The notes below the pieces were generated by a model. The model was not told where the DNA came from. It did no database searches and worked only from the letters and a program-made list of their open reading frames with translations. Both the position numbers and the translations under genes were made by a program. Shown one piece after another: positions 30,432 to 41,954 of a stretch of 64,000 nt of DNA; positions within the stretch are counted from its first letter, which is position 1, and each line of letters begins with the position of its first letter. Origin of the DNA: Desulfosudaceae bacterium (GTDB lineage Bacteria > Desulfobacterota > Desulfobacteria > Desulfobacterales > Desulfosudaceae); assembly GCA_963674745.2 (NCBI GenBank), contig CAXXDV010000001.1:832001-896000 (forward strand), in the 5' to 3' direction.

Positions 30432-30443
30432 GATGGGAATTGC

Positions 30444-30521
30444 GTCCCCATCGTCTAGCCCGGTCCAGGACACCGGCCTTTCACGCCGGCGACAGGGGTT
30501 CAAATCCCCTTGGGGACGCCA
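30444..30521 (+). tRNA. tRNA-Glu (anticodon TTC)
   Basis: Acceptor GTCCCCA/TGGGGAC; anticodon arm CCGGC-CTTTCAC-GCCGG; GGTTCAAATCC; encoded CCA. Confidence 0.97.
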
Positions 30522-30535
30522 CCTTTACCACTGTC

Positions 30536-30570
30536 AGGGGTTAGAGATCTTTCTCTAACCCCTTTTTTAT
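30536..30570 (+). terminator. Intrinsic terminator of the tRNA operon
   Basis: AGGGGTTAGAGA-TCTT-TCTCTAACCCCT followed by a T-tract. Confidence 0.85.
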
Positions 30571-30678
30571 TTCCAAAGAATCTTCTCATAGCCAAAAGGT
30601 GAATACCCTATAAGATATTTGACAATAACCAGCCTATTTTTTTACAGTAAAAATATATAAAGCAACAGAGAGGATAAT

Positions 30679-30867
30679 ATGCAGACAGAGAATATTAAAC
30701 AGGAAGTTTACAGGATTTTGGACCGGCTCCCCGACAAAGCCACATGGGATGACCTGATGTATCAAATATATGTTCGCCAAACCATTGAGGCAGGCATAAG
30801 AGACAGCGATGAAGGACGGACGGTTGATGTAAAGGAAGTCCGTAAAAGATTTGGGTTGTCAAAGTGA
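30679..30867 (+). CDS. Putative antitoxin of a ParE/RelE-associated addiction module
   Basis: GAGG RBS; LDRLPDKATWDDLMYQIYVRQTIEAGIRDSDEGR; its stop overlaps a ParE-like start. Confidence 0.75.
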   Translation: MQTENIKQEVYRILDRLPDKATWDDLMYQIYVRQTIEAGIRDSDEGRTVDVKEVRKRFGLSK

Positions 30868-30926
30868 TCGTTCATTGGACGGAAAACGCAATCGGTCACC
30901 TGGTCAATATTTATGAACATATCGCC
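30864..30926 (+). pseudogene. Truncated RelE/ParE toxin (first ~21 codons only)
   Basis: GTGA overlap; VIVHWTENAIGHLVNIYEHIA is a ParE-like start, then unrelated sequence runs to TAG at 31029-31031. Confidence 0.7.
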
Positions 30927-31027
30927 ACATATTTTATCGGTTGTTTCTTCTCAAAATCTGAGCGACGCCGGAGGTTGACATACCCAGGTAGCGAGCGGTT
31001 TGCGCAAAAGTGCTTTTTTGCCGAATA

Positions 31028-31891
31028 TTAGTACGTTTCGCAAAATTCCCGAATATACCCGGCACCCAGTTCGGGAACCTCTTCCTGCCAGAAATGACCG
31101 GCCCGGGGCATCACCTCCATGCGTTTGGAGCCGGCGATATCGTCATAGAGCCGGCGGCCCCAGGAGACGTTCAGCCAGCGGTCGTTGCCGGCCCAGAGGA
31201 TCATTGTGGGCTTGTCGAAGGCCCCGAATTTTTTGGCTGCGTCAACGGAGTACCGGCAATCCCCGGCCAGGGCGAAGCGCCTGAACTGTTCGAACTTGTC
31301 CCTGCCCATGGCCCCGATCTTCATATACTCTTCGATGGCGTCGTCGCTCATATTGTTGCGATCGTAAACGCCCTGCCGCATGCCCAGGCGGGACCTGCCC
31401 CATTTGGGCGGATAGTTTAGTTTGTAGGCGAGCGCGAAAAGAAAATCGATCTTCATCATTTTCATGGCCCGGGCGACGATGGGCACGGGCCAGTTGTCGT
31501 AACAGACACAGTTGGTAATGACAAAGCGCCGGATGCGGTCGATATTGTTTACGGCCAGCCATTGGGCGCAGGCACCGCCCTGGTCATGGCAGACGAGCGT
31601 GAACCGGTCCAGCCCAAGATGGTCGGCCAGCTCCATTATCTTATCCGCCTGGGCGGCCATGTCGTAGCAGTAATCGAGCGGCGTAATCGTGTCGCCAAAC
31701 CCCATCAGGTCGGGGGCGATACAGCGGTAGGTGTCATCAAGCGCGCGGATGACATTCCGCCATAAATAACTTGATGTCGGAATGCCGTGCACGAAGAGAA
31801 TGGGTTCACCTTCGCCCATGTCAACATAGGCGACCGTGACCCCGTTCAAGTCCACCGTTTTTTTCGCCAGGGGTTTGTCTTTGGGCAGCAT
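31028..31891 (-). CDS. Alpha/beta hydrolase, haloalkane dehalogenase / epoxide hydrolase type (Asp nucleophile)
   Basis: HGIPTSSYLWR, APDLMGFG, VCHDQGG, AGHFWQEE. Confidence 0.85.
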   Translation of the reverse strand: MLPKDKPLAKKTVDLNGVTVAYVDMGEGEPILFVHGIPTSSYLWRNVIRALDDTYRCIAPDLMGFGDTITPLDYCYDMAAQADKIMELADHLGLDRFTLVCHDQGGACAQWLAVNNIDRIRRFVITNCVCYDNWPVPIVARAMKMMKIDFLFALAYKLNYPPKWGRSRLGMRQGVYDRNNMSDDAIEEYMKIGAMGRDKFEQFRRFALAGDCRYSVDAAKKFGAFDKPTMILWAGNDRWLNVSWGRRLYDDIAGSKRMEVMPRAGHFWQEEVPELGAGYIREFCETY

Positions 31892-31897
31892 AATTAT

Positions 31898-33718
31898 TTA
31901 CAGCAGGCTGATTGAAGCTTCCCGCAGTTCCTCATCTATTTCGATGCCTTTGCGTTTATCCAGATACTTGGTGAAGGTCTGAAGGTGCCCCATTGTTTTT
32001 CTGATCCTGTCCTGGGTCTTTTTAAACCGCTTATAGGTTTTCTCTCCTCCGGGTCTTTCGACCTGATAGGGCCTCTCGGGCCACTCGGGAGCAGGCTTGT
32101 TGTAAATGTATTTTTTAAAGGCCTCTTCAGTGATCAGATTCTCACGGGGCGATATCACATCCAGAAATTTGTTGAACCCGGACAAGCCGGTGAGCCATTT
32201 CTCCTGCCATTTCTGAAACGTACTCGGCTCGCCGATGAGGCGCAGATAGTTCCTGCGGATATCCTTCATCCGCTTGCGCACAATATTGTTGGGCGCGTAA
32301 ATCTCCATTGGCTTGAGCAGGGGGAAAATGCTAAAGGCCATTCGCTTGTGGTATTGCGAACGATGACCGATGTACTTGTTTTTATGCCTGTTTTCCATGC
32401 AATAATCATAGCCGCGCAGGTTGACGTCGATATAGCGGGCCAGGGTGGCGCCGTGGGTTTCATAGAGTTCCCGGTATCCGCGTTCGATCAGGCCCATCAC
32501 TTCATGTTCGTTGAAATTTTTCGGGTCCATGCCACCGCCGCCGAAAAAACTGATCGAATTCCAGTCCACATTTTCCTTGATGCGACCCTGCTTTTTCATA
32601 TCGCGCCACATGGGCGTGGCCGGGAACGGGCAGACCCGGGTCAATTGCTGGGTGGTCGGCGCAAGGGCGATAAAATCCTGCAGATCTTCTTCGATGTTCT
32701 GACGGTTCTGGAAATCAAACCCCACCATCCAGGCGCCGCTGGTGGTGATACCGACACTGTGCAGGCCCGAAAACATATCCTTGTAGCTCAAGCCCTGGGT
32801 TTTGCTGTAGCCGTGGTCCTGTGCATATTTGGATTCGACACCGACAAAAACGGTGCTGGCGCCGGTCAGCATCATGTCCTCGAACGTCCAATTGCTCATC
32901 GACCGCATGGCGGCGAGGCAATAAAAGCTGTAATAAGCCAGTCCGAATTCGCTGTCCTCCCGGAGCAGCCGGCCCAGCTCCTGCATGTATTCAACGTCTG
33001 CGAAGGAGTCCTCCTCGAGCAGTGTCATCTGAGGCGTGTAGGGGTTTTCACGATAGGCCCGCTTGAATTCCCGGTGAACCTGTTCCGGGGTCATCAACTG
33101 GATACGGCGATGCTGAAAATATTCGGTCGTGCCGCAAAAATCGCATCTGTTCGGGCACCCTACTGAACCGACGACGACGGGGGTCTGGCCTTTTGAACGC
33201 CGGCTGATCATGGGTAACGTCGTTCCCCACTTGGGCAGATGGGAGTGGAACTTGGGCTTGTCGACCGGTTCGCCGAGCAGTTTCCGAAAAAAAGTAATGC
33301 CTTCCTCGTGGCACAGATGATCGCACAGCGCTTTGATCTCTTCGGCTGTCGATGTGGCTTCGAGTCCTGCGGCGCCGAAACCGCCGAGAACGATCTGCGA
33401 CGTCGGGTCCTTTTCGCGGATGGCCCGGCACATCTCGACCGCGTCGTCCATCTGGTTATGAAAAAAGCTAATGCCGATATAGTCGTAACCTTTTTCGATC
33501 TCCTTAAGAAAATCCGCTTTCCCCGGAAATTCCAGCAAAACCGAAGACGAGTCGATATTCTGGGCGATGAGGTGACAGGCGTTCATGTGCAGATGGCCGC
33601 TGAGGGTAAAAATATCGCATCCCCGGCTGAAGCGCTGGTTCATTATGTCGGTGGGAGAGGTGTTGAAAAACTGCTCTGCGTAAGGACCCCATGTGGTGGT
33701 AAAAAGAATTTCGGTCAT
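31898..33718 (-). CDS. B12-binding-domain radical SAM protein
   Basis: N-terminal YDYIGISF...IVLGG; GCPNRCDFC (CxxxCxxC); FVGVES; WMVGF; PFPATPMW. Confidence 0.85.
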   Translation of the reverse strand: MTEILFTTTWGPYAEQFFNTSPTDIMNQRFSRGCDIFTLSGHLHMNACHLIAQNIDSSSVLLEFPGKADFLKEIEKGYDYIGISFFHNQMDDAVEMCRAIREKDPTSQIVLGGFGAAGLEATSTAEEIKALCDHLCHEEGITFFRKLLGEPVDKPKFHSHLPKWGTTLPMISRRSKGQTPVVVGSVGCPNRCDFCGTTEYFQHRRIQLMTPEQVHREFKRAYRENPYTPQMTLLEEDSFADVEYMQELGRLLREDSEFGLAYYSFYCLAAMRSMSNWTFEDMMLTGASTVFVGVESKYAQDHGYSKTQGLSYKDMFSGLHSVGITTSGAWMVGFDFQNRQNIEEDLQDFIALAPTTQQLTRVCPFPATPMWRDMKKQGRIKENVDWNSISFFGGGGMDPKNFNEHEVMGLIERGYRELYETHGATLARYIDVNLRGYDYCMENRHKNKYIGHRSQYHKRMAFSIFPLLKPMEIYAPNNIVRKRMKDIRRNYLRLIGEPSTFQKWQEKWLTGLSGFNKFLDVISPRENLITEEAFKKYIYNKPAPEWPERPYQVERPGGEKTYKRFKKTQDRIRKTMGHLQTFTKYLDKRKGIEIDEELREASISLL

Positions 33719-33758
33719 GGCCGCCTCCTGTCGTCAGGTCAACCCGGGCGAACCCTGT

Positions 33759-34511
33759 TCAACCGACTTGCCTGTTTGTTTTTGCCGCCGGCTTGCTTTT
33801 CAACTGTTTTAATTCAGCCTGGATATATTTGTGATGCAGGGCGCTGATGACCTCGTTGATGGCCGGAATCCCCTTTTTCAGCAGGTCGATAATTTCATCG
33901 GCTGATCTGCTGCGCGCGATGCGATCAACAAATATGGACAATTCACTGCTGGTCAGGTCGCGGATAAACCCCAGGTAAACATCCAGCGCCTCGACATTGA
34001 CCCCCATAGCGGCCGAAAAGCCCGCTCCCCTGATATCGCTGAGGGCCTTTATCAGCCGGTAATCGACTTCGTCGTAGTATTTTTTCCCGTTTTTGGATTG
34101 AGGGGTAATGGCCCCCCGTTCCTCGATGGCGGTCATTTCCGCTTCCGTCAAGAGAACGTGTTTCATTACCTCGGAATGGGGAATATCGTAAATTTCAGGA
34201 AGCAGGTCGGTATCATCGGCCAGGCGGGACTTGACCTCGAGGATGAGTTCATAATCCGCCATGGTAAGGTCTTCGCCGGCAAAGAATATTTTCTTAATGG
34301 CCTTTATCGACAACCGCAGCTCGTCCTGAAGGCGTTTAATAAACGACACTTTGCGGATGGCTTCGCGGTCGTAATAGGCCATGTTGCGGGCCGTTTTCTG
34401 GGGTTTTCCCAAAAGCCCTTCGTTTATGTAGTGCCTGATCGTGGACAGGGGAAGACCGCTGGCCTTTGCCAGTTCACCGATTTTCAATTTGTTATCGATT
34501 AAAGTGCCCAC
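33759..34511 (-). CDS. MerR-family regulator with a second HTH-like region
   Basis: LKIGELAKASGLPLSTIRHYINEGLL...RNMAYYD; second repeat-like GAITPQ...KKYYDEVD. Confidence 0.88.
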   Translation of the reverse strand: MGTLIDNKLKIGELAKASGLPLSTIRHYINEGLLGKPQKTARNMAYYDREAIRKVSFIKRLQDELRLSIKAIKKIFFAGEDLTMADYELILEVKSRLADDTDLLPEIYDIPHSEVMKHVLLTEAEMTAIEERGAITPQSKNGKKYYDEVDYRLIKALSDIRGAGFSAAMGVNVEALDVYLGFIRDLTSSELSIFVDRIARSRSADEIIDLLKKGIPAINEVISALHHKYIQAELKQLKSKPAAKTNRQVG

Positions 34512-34544
34512 GGCATCCTCATTAAGTAGCTAGTAATACTGTTT

Positions 34545-34573
34545 ACTTTATGCCTGGTATTTTAAAATGTCAA
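34545..34573 (-). promoter_or_regulatory. Sigma70 promoter TTGACA-17-TAAAGT for merR-rSAM-hydrolase
   Basis: Reverse complement of 34545-34573. Confidence 0.6.
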
Positions 34574-34813
34574 TCATAAAACTTGAAGCTGGTGTTTTTT
34601 GCAGGACAATCGCTTTCCACTTTTTTCTCTGCTTCTGTTAGGAACGTAAATCTACATTCTGAAAAAAAACCGGAGCCCAAAAACCCGTTTCCAGACCTAC
34701 GGGTTTAAAGTGAATTGTCTGGAATATTTTTCATTTAGCGGCTATCATTAATCATATGAAATCGACCGCATGCGGTTGTAAATAAAAACGCAAACCTTTG
34801 AAAGAGAGGGCAT

Positions 34814-35302
34814 ATGTATTCAAAAACCACTTTACGTTTGGCAAAAACGGCACTCTTTGTTTCTCTGGCAATATTTCTGATTTCTTCATATACGAGGGCT
34901 GGAGGGGGATTGCTCGACCCGCCCAAGAAGCACCACTACTTTCACAGCGTCGGCGAAAACTGGGTGTTAAACAATGGTTATTACGCCCTGCTGTATATAA
35001 CGTATGACGGCTACAATCTTAAAAACGGCCAGAGGATTACCGGCCGCGGGGGTTTTGGCGGCGTAACCACTGACGACAGAAAGCAGAACGGAACGATTTC
35101 AGTTAATATCAAGCTGTACAGAACCAATGGAGACGCGTTTGTCGCCGAGAAGAACTGGTCCGGGAGTCTTGGCTCCAGCAGAAACGGGGTATCCTGGCGT
35201 TACACCCCCCCGGGGGACAGCTATTGGGCCATTGACAGCTCTTTTTATTTCCAGAAAGAATCCACCTCGAACAGCGGTGCCATTTATGTCAAGGTAACTT
35301 AA
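34814..35302 (+). CDS. Hypothetical secreted beta-rich protein
   Basis: GAGGGG RBS; signal peptide ending TRA; Gly/Ser/Tyr/Asn-rich mature part. Confidence 0.7.
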   Translation: MYSKTTLRLAKTALFVSLAIFLISSYTRAGGGLLDPPKKHHYFHSVGENWVLNNGYYALLYITYDGYNLKNGQRITGRGGFGGVTTDDRKQNGTISVNIKLYRTNGDAFVAEKNWSGSLGSSRNGVSWRYTPPGDSYWAIDSSFYFQKESTSNSGAIYVKVT

Positions 35303-35384
35303 AAACAGGGAACGAATTTCGGGCAAATGATTCTTATCCGGGCCCAATAACAGGCGACAAGCAACTTTTACATGGGAGGAAATC

Positions 35385-35738
35385 ATGAAACACAAGAACA
35401 AAATTCGCGGGTTGATGTTGTTTCTGTCAGGAATTGTCACGGCTGTCATCCTGCAATCCGGGTTTCCAGGCCTGAATAAGGCTCTGGCGGATCAGTACGC
35501 GTGCATCCGTACGGACCTGAATGCCCAAGGCATGACCGGAAACATTCCCAATCCCGAATTCACCATCACCTACGATGTGCCCTCATGCTATGCGAGTAAC
35601 GGATACAGCGTTGAGCGGGTTTACATGTACGGTGACCAGGTCGCTGTACACTATAAAGGCTCCAGCGCCACATCTTCTATCCTTAACACCTTACAAGGGG
35701 GATCCAGAGGCGGATCAGGATTCAGCCCCATTCCCTGA
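35385..35738 (+). CDS. Hypothetical secreted protein (two Cys)
   Basis: GGAGG RBS; basic then hydrophobic N-terminus with ALA cleavage motif. Confidence 0.7.
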   Translation: MKHKNKIRGLMLFLSGIVTAVILQSGFPGLNKALADQYACIRTDLNAQGMTGNIPNPEFTITYDVPSCYASNGYSVERVYMYGDQVAVHYKGSSATSSILNTLQGGSRGGSGFSPIP

Positions 35739-35910
35739 CATACCTGAATCTGAAAGGTCTTATTTACATATTCTTTATTCTCCTTGACCCCGGGAAAACC
35801 GCTGTGATAGAGACAGGGCAGCCTTGAGGCCGACACGAAAACCAACGGCTTGGGAAAATCATCCTGAGCCGTTTTTGTTTCTAATCCCGAACGAAGAAAG
35901 GAGAAAAACA

Positions 35911-36393
35911 GTGATCCGTTTGTTGGAAAAAGCCGTCGTGGCTTTTATTTTCGCAAGTTTGATGTTTATGCAAACCGCCGATGCAGGTGAACGCCATCAT
36001 TTTAAAAACCTGGCCGAGGCCAAACAGGTGGAAATTTTAAAAAATGAAACCCGAAAAGCCGTTCCCGACGCATTTAAACAGGCCGAGTCGGGCAGTGACG
36101 GCCAGGACATTTTTGCCATCTACAAGAAGTCACCCCAGGAAGTTATCTCGGTGAACCTCAGAAGCGTCAATGACATGGCTTTTGACGATGTGGAGACCCT
36201 GTCCATCGATGGACGGAAAACAATATTCTTTTATGCCGGAACCCAAAAAAACGGTTTTCTGGTGGTTACGCTGAACAACAATGCCGGATACTTTTTTTTA
36301 GGGTACAACAAACCCTATATGGGGGACGATATCGTCAAAAAAGATGAATTGCTTCAAATCGCCAGGAAGATGAATCTGTCCCGGTTTGAGTAA
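35911..36393 (+). CDS. Hypothetical exported protein
   Basis: GTG after AGGAG; signal peptide ending ADA. Confidence 0.65.
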   Translation: MIRLLEKAVVAFIFASLMFMQTADAGERHHFKNLAEAKQVEILKNETRKAVPDAFKQAESGSDGQDIFAIYKKSPQEVISVNLRSVNDMAFDDVETLSIDGRKTIFFYAGTQKNGFLVVTLNNNAGYFFLGYNKPYMGDDIVKKDELLQIARKMNLSRFE

Positions 36394-36463
36394 AAACGGC
36401 CGTAATGATAAATGATGACCGTTTTTTTGAAAACAAGACTGTGCCTGAAAGACGGTAATGATT

Positions 36464-36514
36464 AAAAAAGCGGGCGGTATTTCAGCTTGTATAGAAATAC
36501 CGCCCGCTTTTTTT
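36464..36514. terminator. Bidirectional intrinsic terminator between convergent genes
   Basis: A6-GCGGGCGGTATTTC...GAAATACCGCCCGC-T7. Confidence 0.85.
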
Positions 36515-36598
36515 AAGCACCATGAGCGATCCAAACAGCCGCCACTTTCTGACGGCAATCCCTTCTGACAGCCCCTACTTAAGAAGCCCTCAAGCGGT

Positions 36599-38905
<2,307 letters not shown>

Positions 38906-39033
38906 TTATCACAAAATCAGGACTGTACGTCAACATAACTCTGGAACCCCTTTTGCCCTTTTTAATTGCGCCACCCGGAGATCGTTGCTATAACCGACCA
39001 AAACCCCCCAACACAGCAGGCCAAAGAACAACA

Positions 39034-40842
39034 GTGAAGCCTTCCGCATATAAATGGACAACACATTTTTCCCAGTTGCCCGAACAACGGTTCTGGTTGA
39101 TTGCCGGCATCATCCTGCTGCTGGCGGCAGCGCTTCGTCTGGCGGCCCTCTTTTCGCTGCGGTCAACAATCTATTTTGACCATCTGCTATATGACGAACT
39201 GTTTTATCACAACTGGGCGGCGAAAATCGCCGACGGCACCTGGCACAGCACCGCCGTATACGAATTTGCCCCGCTGTTTGCTTATGTTGCGGCCGGTGTC
39301 TATAAACTGTTTTCAGCGAATGCGATTTATATTCGTTACCTGAACATCGGTTTCGGGGTCCTGACCTGCTTGGGCATCGGACTGGTGGCCCGCGAAATCG
39401 GCGGCCGGCGGCTGGGACTGGCGGCCATGCTGGTCGCGGCCCTGTACAAACCGCTGATCCTTTACAGCGTGGTGCCCCTGAAAACAGCCCTTTCCGTTAT
39501 GCTGTTTTCCATGTTCATGTGGTTTTTCCTGTCCGGCCTGAACGCTTCGCCCAAAGCCCGAAACGGGTTTTTAGCCGGTATGGCCGGCGGCCTGATGGTC
39601 AATGTCCGGCCCAATTACCTGGCGCTCATTCCCGTGGTGGTGGTGTTTCTGCTGATCATCGGTTACCGGGACGGCCGGGGCATAAAGCGCGCCGTTTGGC
39701 CGGCCGCTCTGCTGCTGGCCGGTTTTGGGATCTGCATTTCACCTTTTGTGATACGTAATTTCCGGGTTGCCGGAAAAGCCGCCCTGACGGCTTCACAGGC
39801 CGGTTTTAATTTTTATACCGGCAACGACCTGGAAAACAAATCCCCTTATTACCGGCCGGAACCATTTGCCTCTTCTTCGCCCTTTTACCAGGGCGTCCAG
39901 TTCAACATCGAAGCCAGCCGTCGGGTCGGCCGCCAGTTGTCACCCCGTCAGGCATCGTCCTTCTGGATCCGTACCACGCTTGAGCAGTCATTGGCTTCTC
40001 CCGGGGCCATCGCCAAAAAAATCGGCCTTAAGGCCCTGGCTTTTTTCAACCGTTTCGAGGCCGCGGATCATTATCACATCGGTTTTATCAGCCGATTCGC
40101 ACCGTTTTTCCGGCTGCCCCTGTTCCGATACGACCTCGTCCTGGCCGCGGCCATGGCCGGTCTGGCCGCCGGCCTGGCCGGGAACCGCAAAATCTTCGCC
40201 GCCGGTCTTGTTTTTGCCGTATACGGCCTGACGTTGACCGCCTTTTTCTGCAATGCCCGCTACCGGCTGCCGGTCTTGGTTATTTTGATTCCGCTGGCCG
40301 TCTACGGAATCCGTGGTTTCATCCATTCACTCCAGGCCCGGAAGTTAAAAAAGGCCGCAGGCTTGATGGCTGTAGCTGGCCTGGCCTTGTGCGTCAGCTG
40401 GTTGCCGGTCACCGGTACGGACGATATGACGGGATATTACAATACCCACGCCCTGGTTCTCAGCCGGCAGGGCCGCGTTGATGAGGCAATGGGCTTCTGG
40501 AAAATTTCTTCGGATATGAAACAACCCTATTCGGATTTTGCCGACCTGGCCCTGGCCGGTGCTTACTGGCGAAAGGGCGACCCGGAAAAAACCATGACGT
40601 ATTTGAATAAAGTTTCAGACCACGGTCTGGCCGCCGCCGGCAAATATGAGTTTCTGGGAGATCTGGCCGTAAAAGCCGATGATTATCAAAAAGCCGCCGC
40701 CCATTACCGCACATCAATCAGGATAAACAGCGGACAGCTGGACGTCAGAAGAAAGCTGATCAAAGTTCTGGAATCGATCGACCCGACTGAAGCGGCCGGG
40801 CAGCGGGCCGAATGGTTCAGAATCCGCGCCTATTATCCATAA
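39034..40842 (+). CDS. GT-C fold (ArnT/PMT, GT39-like) membrane glycosyltransferase with C-terminal TPR-like helices
   Basis: YDELFYHNWA, APLFAY, VNVRPN, SPFVIRN, GFNFYTGN, ARYRLP; many TM segments; start uncertain. Confidence 0.75.
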   Translation: MKPSAYKWTTHFSQLPEQRFWLIAGIILLLAAALRLAALFSLRSTIYFDHLLYDELFYHNWAAKIADGTWHSTAVYEFAPLFAYVAAGVYKLFSANAIYIRYLNIGFGVLTCLGIGLVAREIGGRRLGLAAMLVAALYKPLILYSVVPLKTALSVMLFSMFMWFFLSGLNASPKARNGFLAGMAGGLMVNVRPNYLALIPVVVVFLLIIGYRDGRGIKRAVWPAALLLAGFGICISPFVIRNFRVAGKAALTASQAGFNFYTGNDLENKSPYYRPEPFASSSPFYQGVQFNIEASRRVGRQLSPRQASSFWIRTTLEQSLASPGAIAKKIGLKALAFFNRFEAADHYHIGFISRFAPFFRLPLFRYDLVLAAAMAGLAAGLAGNRKIFAAGLVFAVYGLTLTAFFCNARYRLPVLVILIPLAVYGIRGFIHSLQARKLKKAAGLMAVAGLALCVSWLPVTGTDDMTGYYNTHALVLSRQGRVDEAMGFWKISSDMKQPYSDFADLALAGAYWRKGDPEKTMTYLNKVSDHGLAAAGKYEFLGDLAVKADDYQKAAAHYRTSIRINSGQLDVRRKLIKVLESIDPTEAAGQRAEWFRIRAYYP

Positions 40843-40879
40843 TGGCGTCGTAAAAAGTTCGCCTTTTTACGAGTGCATC
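40841..40879. mobile_element. Collapsed copy of element A (two termini, no interior) between convergent genes
   Basis: AATGGCGTCGTAAAAAGTTC-GC-CTTTTTACGAGTGCATC; right part identical to 3948-3964. Confidence 0.7.
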
Positions 40880-40895
40880 ATCAATAGCCTTTTCT

Positions 40896-41309
40896 TTATT
40901 CATTCACCGCGGCGGCCATGGCCACGTTTTCCGCGCCGGCCAGCTTGCAGGCGTCCATTACCCGCATGGCCACGCCGGTAAGACTGTCCTTATCCGCCAC
41001 GATCATCACCCCGGCTTCCGGATTTTCCGCCAGGGCCCGTTCCACGTTGACACGGACCGCCCGGAGGTCGATTTCCCGTTGGGCCATGTAAATCCGGTTG
41101 TCCGGGGTAATGCCGATCATAACCGTCATTTTTTCTTTGCTGACGGCAGTGGCGGCCGCCGGCCGGTTGATATCCACGCCGGTCTCCCGGACAAAGCTGG
41201 TGGTCACCAGAAAGAAAATCAGCAGGATGAAGACCATGTCGATCAACGGCGCCATGTTCAGCTCCACCCCTTTTTTCTGTGATCGTCTGGCGGCGGTAAT
41301 GTTCAGCAT
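40896..41309 (-). CDS. exbD: ExbD/TolR family protein
   Basis: LNMAPLIDMVFILLIFFLVTTSF, ADKDS. Confidence 0.92.
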   Translation of the reverse strand: MLNITAARRSQKKGVELNMAPLIDMVFILLIFFLVTTSFVRETGVDINRPAAATAVSKEKMTVMIGITPDNRIYMAQREIDLRAVRVNVERALAENPEAGVMIVADKDSLTGVAMRVMDACKLAGAENVAMAAAVNE

Positions 41310-41322
41310 CTTGATCTTCCTG

Positions 41323-41937
41323 TCAATTATCCAAAAACCGTTTCAAATAAATGCCCGCCGACGCGGCCCGCTGTTTAATGGTCGTGGCCCGTTGCGCCAG
41401 AAAACCGCTCATGTACAGACCGGGAATGGAAACCAGCAGACCGGTCTGGGTCGTAATCAGGGCTTCGGATATGCCGCCGGCCAGGGCCCGGACATTGCCT
41501 GTTCCAAACTGGGTAATGACATCAAAGGTGACAATCATACCAATGACCGTTCCCAGCAGGCCCATCAGCGGGGCCACCCCCGCCAGGATACTGATGGCGG
41601 ACTGGTGACGGTCCAGCGCGGTGACCATGGCCAGGACCGTTTCGTCAAGGATGTGCGCGTCCAGTTCCGGGTTCCCGCAGCGGCGCCTTAAAAATGATCG
41701 CACCAGGGCAGCGTTTACACCGCGATATTGGGGCCCGGGCAGGCGGTTTTCACTGATCATCCGTCCGGCCTCCCGGCGGGGAATGTTCTTCATGTAAAGA
41801 CGCCTTAAAAACAGGGCCCGGTTGATAATCAGCACCCACATGACAAAGGAGATAACCAGCAGCGGAATCATCACCACGCCTCCGTCAGAGAGATAACCGT
41901 AAATGCGAATACCATAGTCCTGGATGTAATATATCAT
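41323..41937 (-). CDS. exbB: MotA/TolQ/ExbB proton channel protein
   Basis: APLMGLLGTVIGMI, GISEALITTQTGL. Confidence 0.9.
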   Translation of the reverse strand: MIYYIQDYGIRIYGYLSDGGVVMIPLLVISFVMWVLIINRALFLRRLYMKNIPRREAGRMISENRLPGPQYRGVNAALVRSFLRRRCGNPELDAHILDETVLAMVTALDRHQSAISILAGVAPLMGLLGTVIGMIVTFDVITQFGTGNVRALAGGISEALITTQTGLLVSIPGLYMSGFLAQRATTIKQRAASAGIYLKRFLDN

Positions 41938-41954
41938 TTCCCTTTTAACCCTGG

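Noticed and set aside
34785..34815. c-di-GMP-I riboswitch (GCAAACCTTTGAAAGAGG)
   Set aside because: Only a P2-like fragment; the GACGCAAA junction and P3 are missing and it runs straight into the RBS and ATG.
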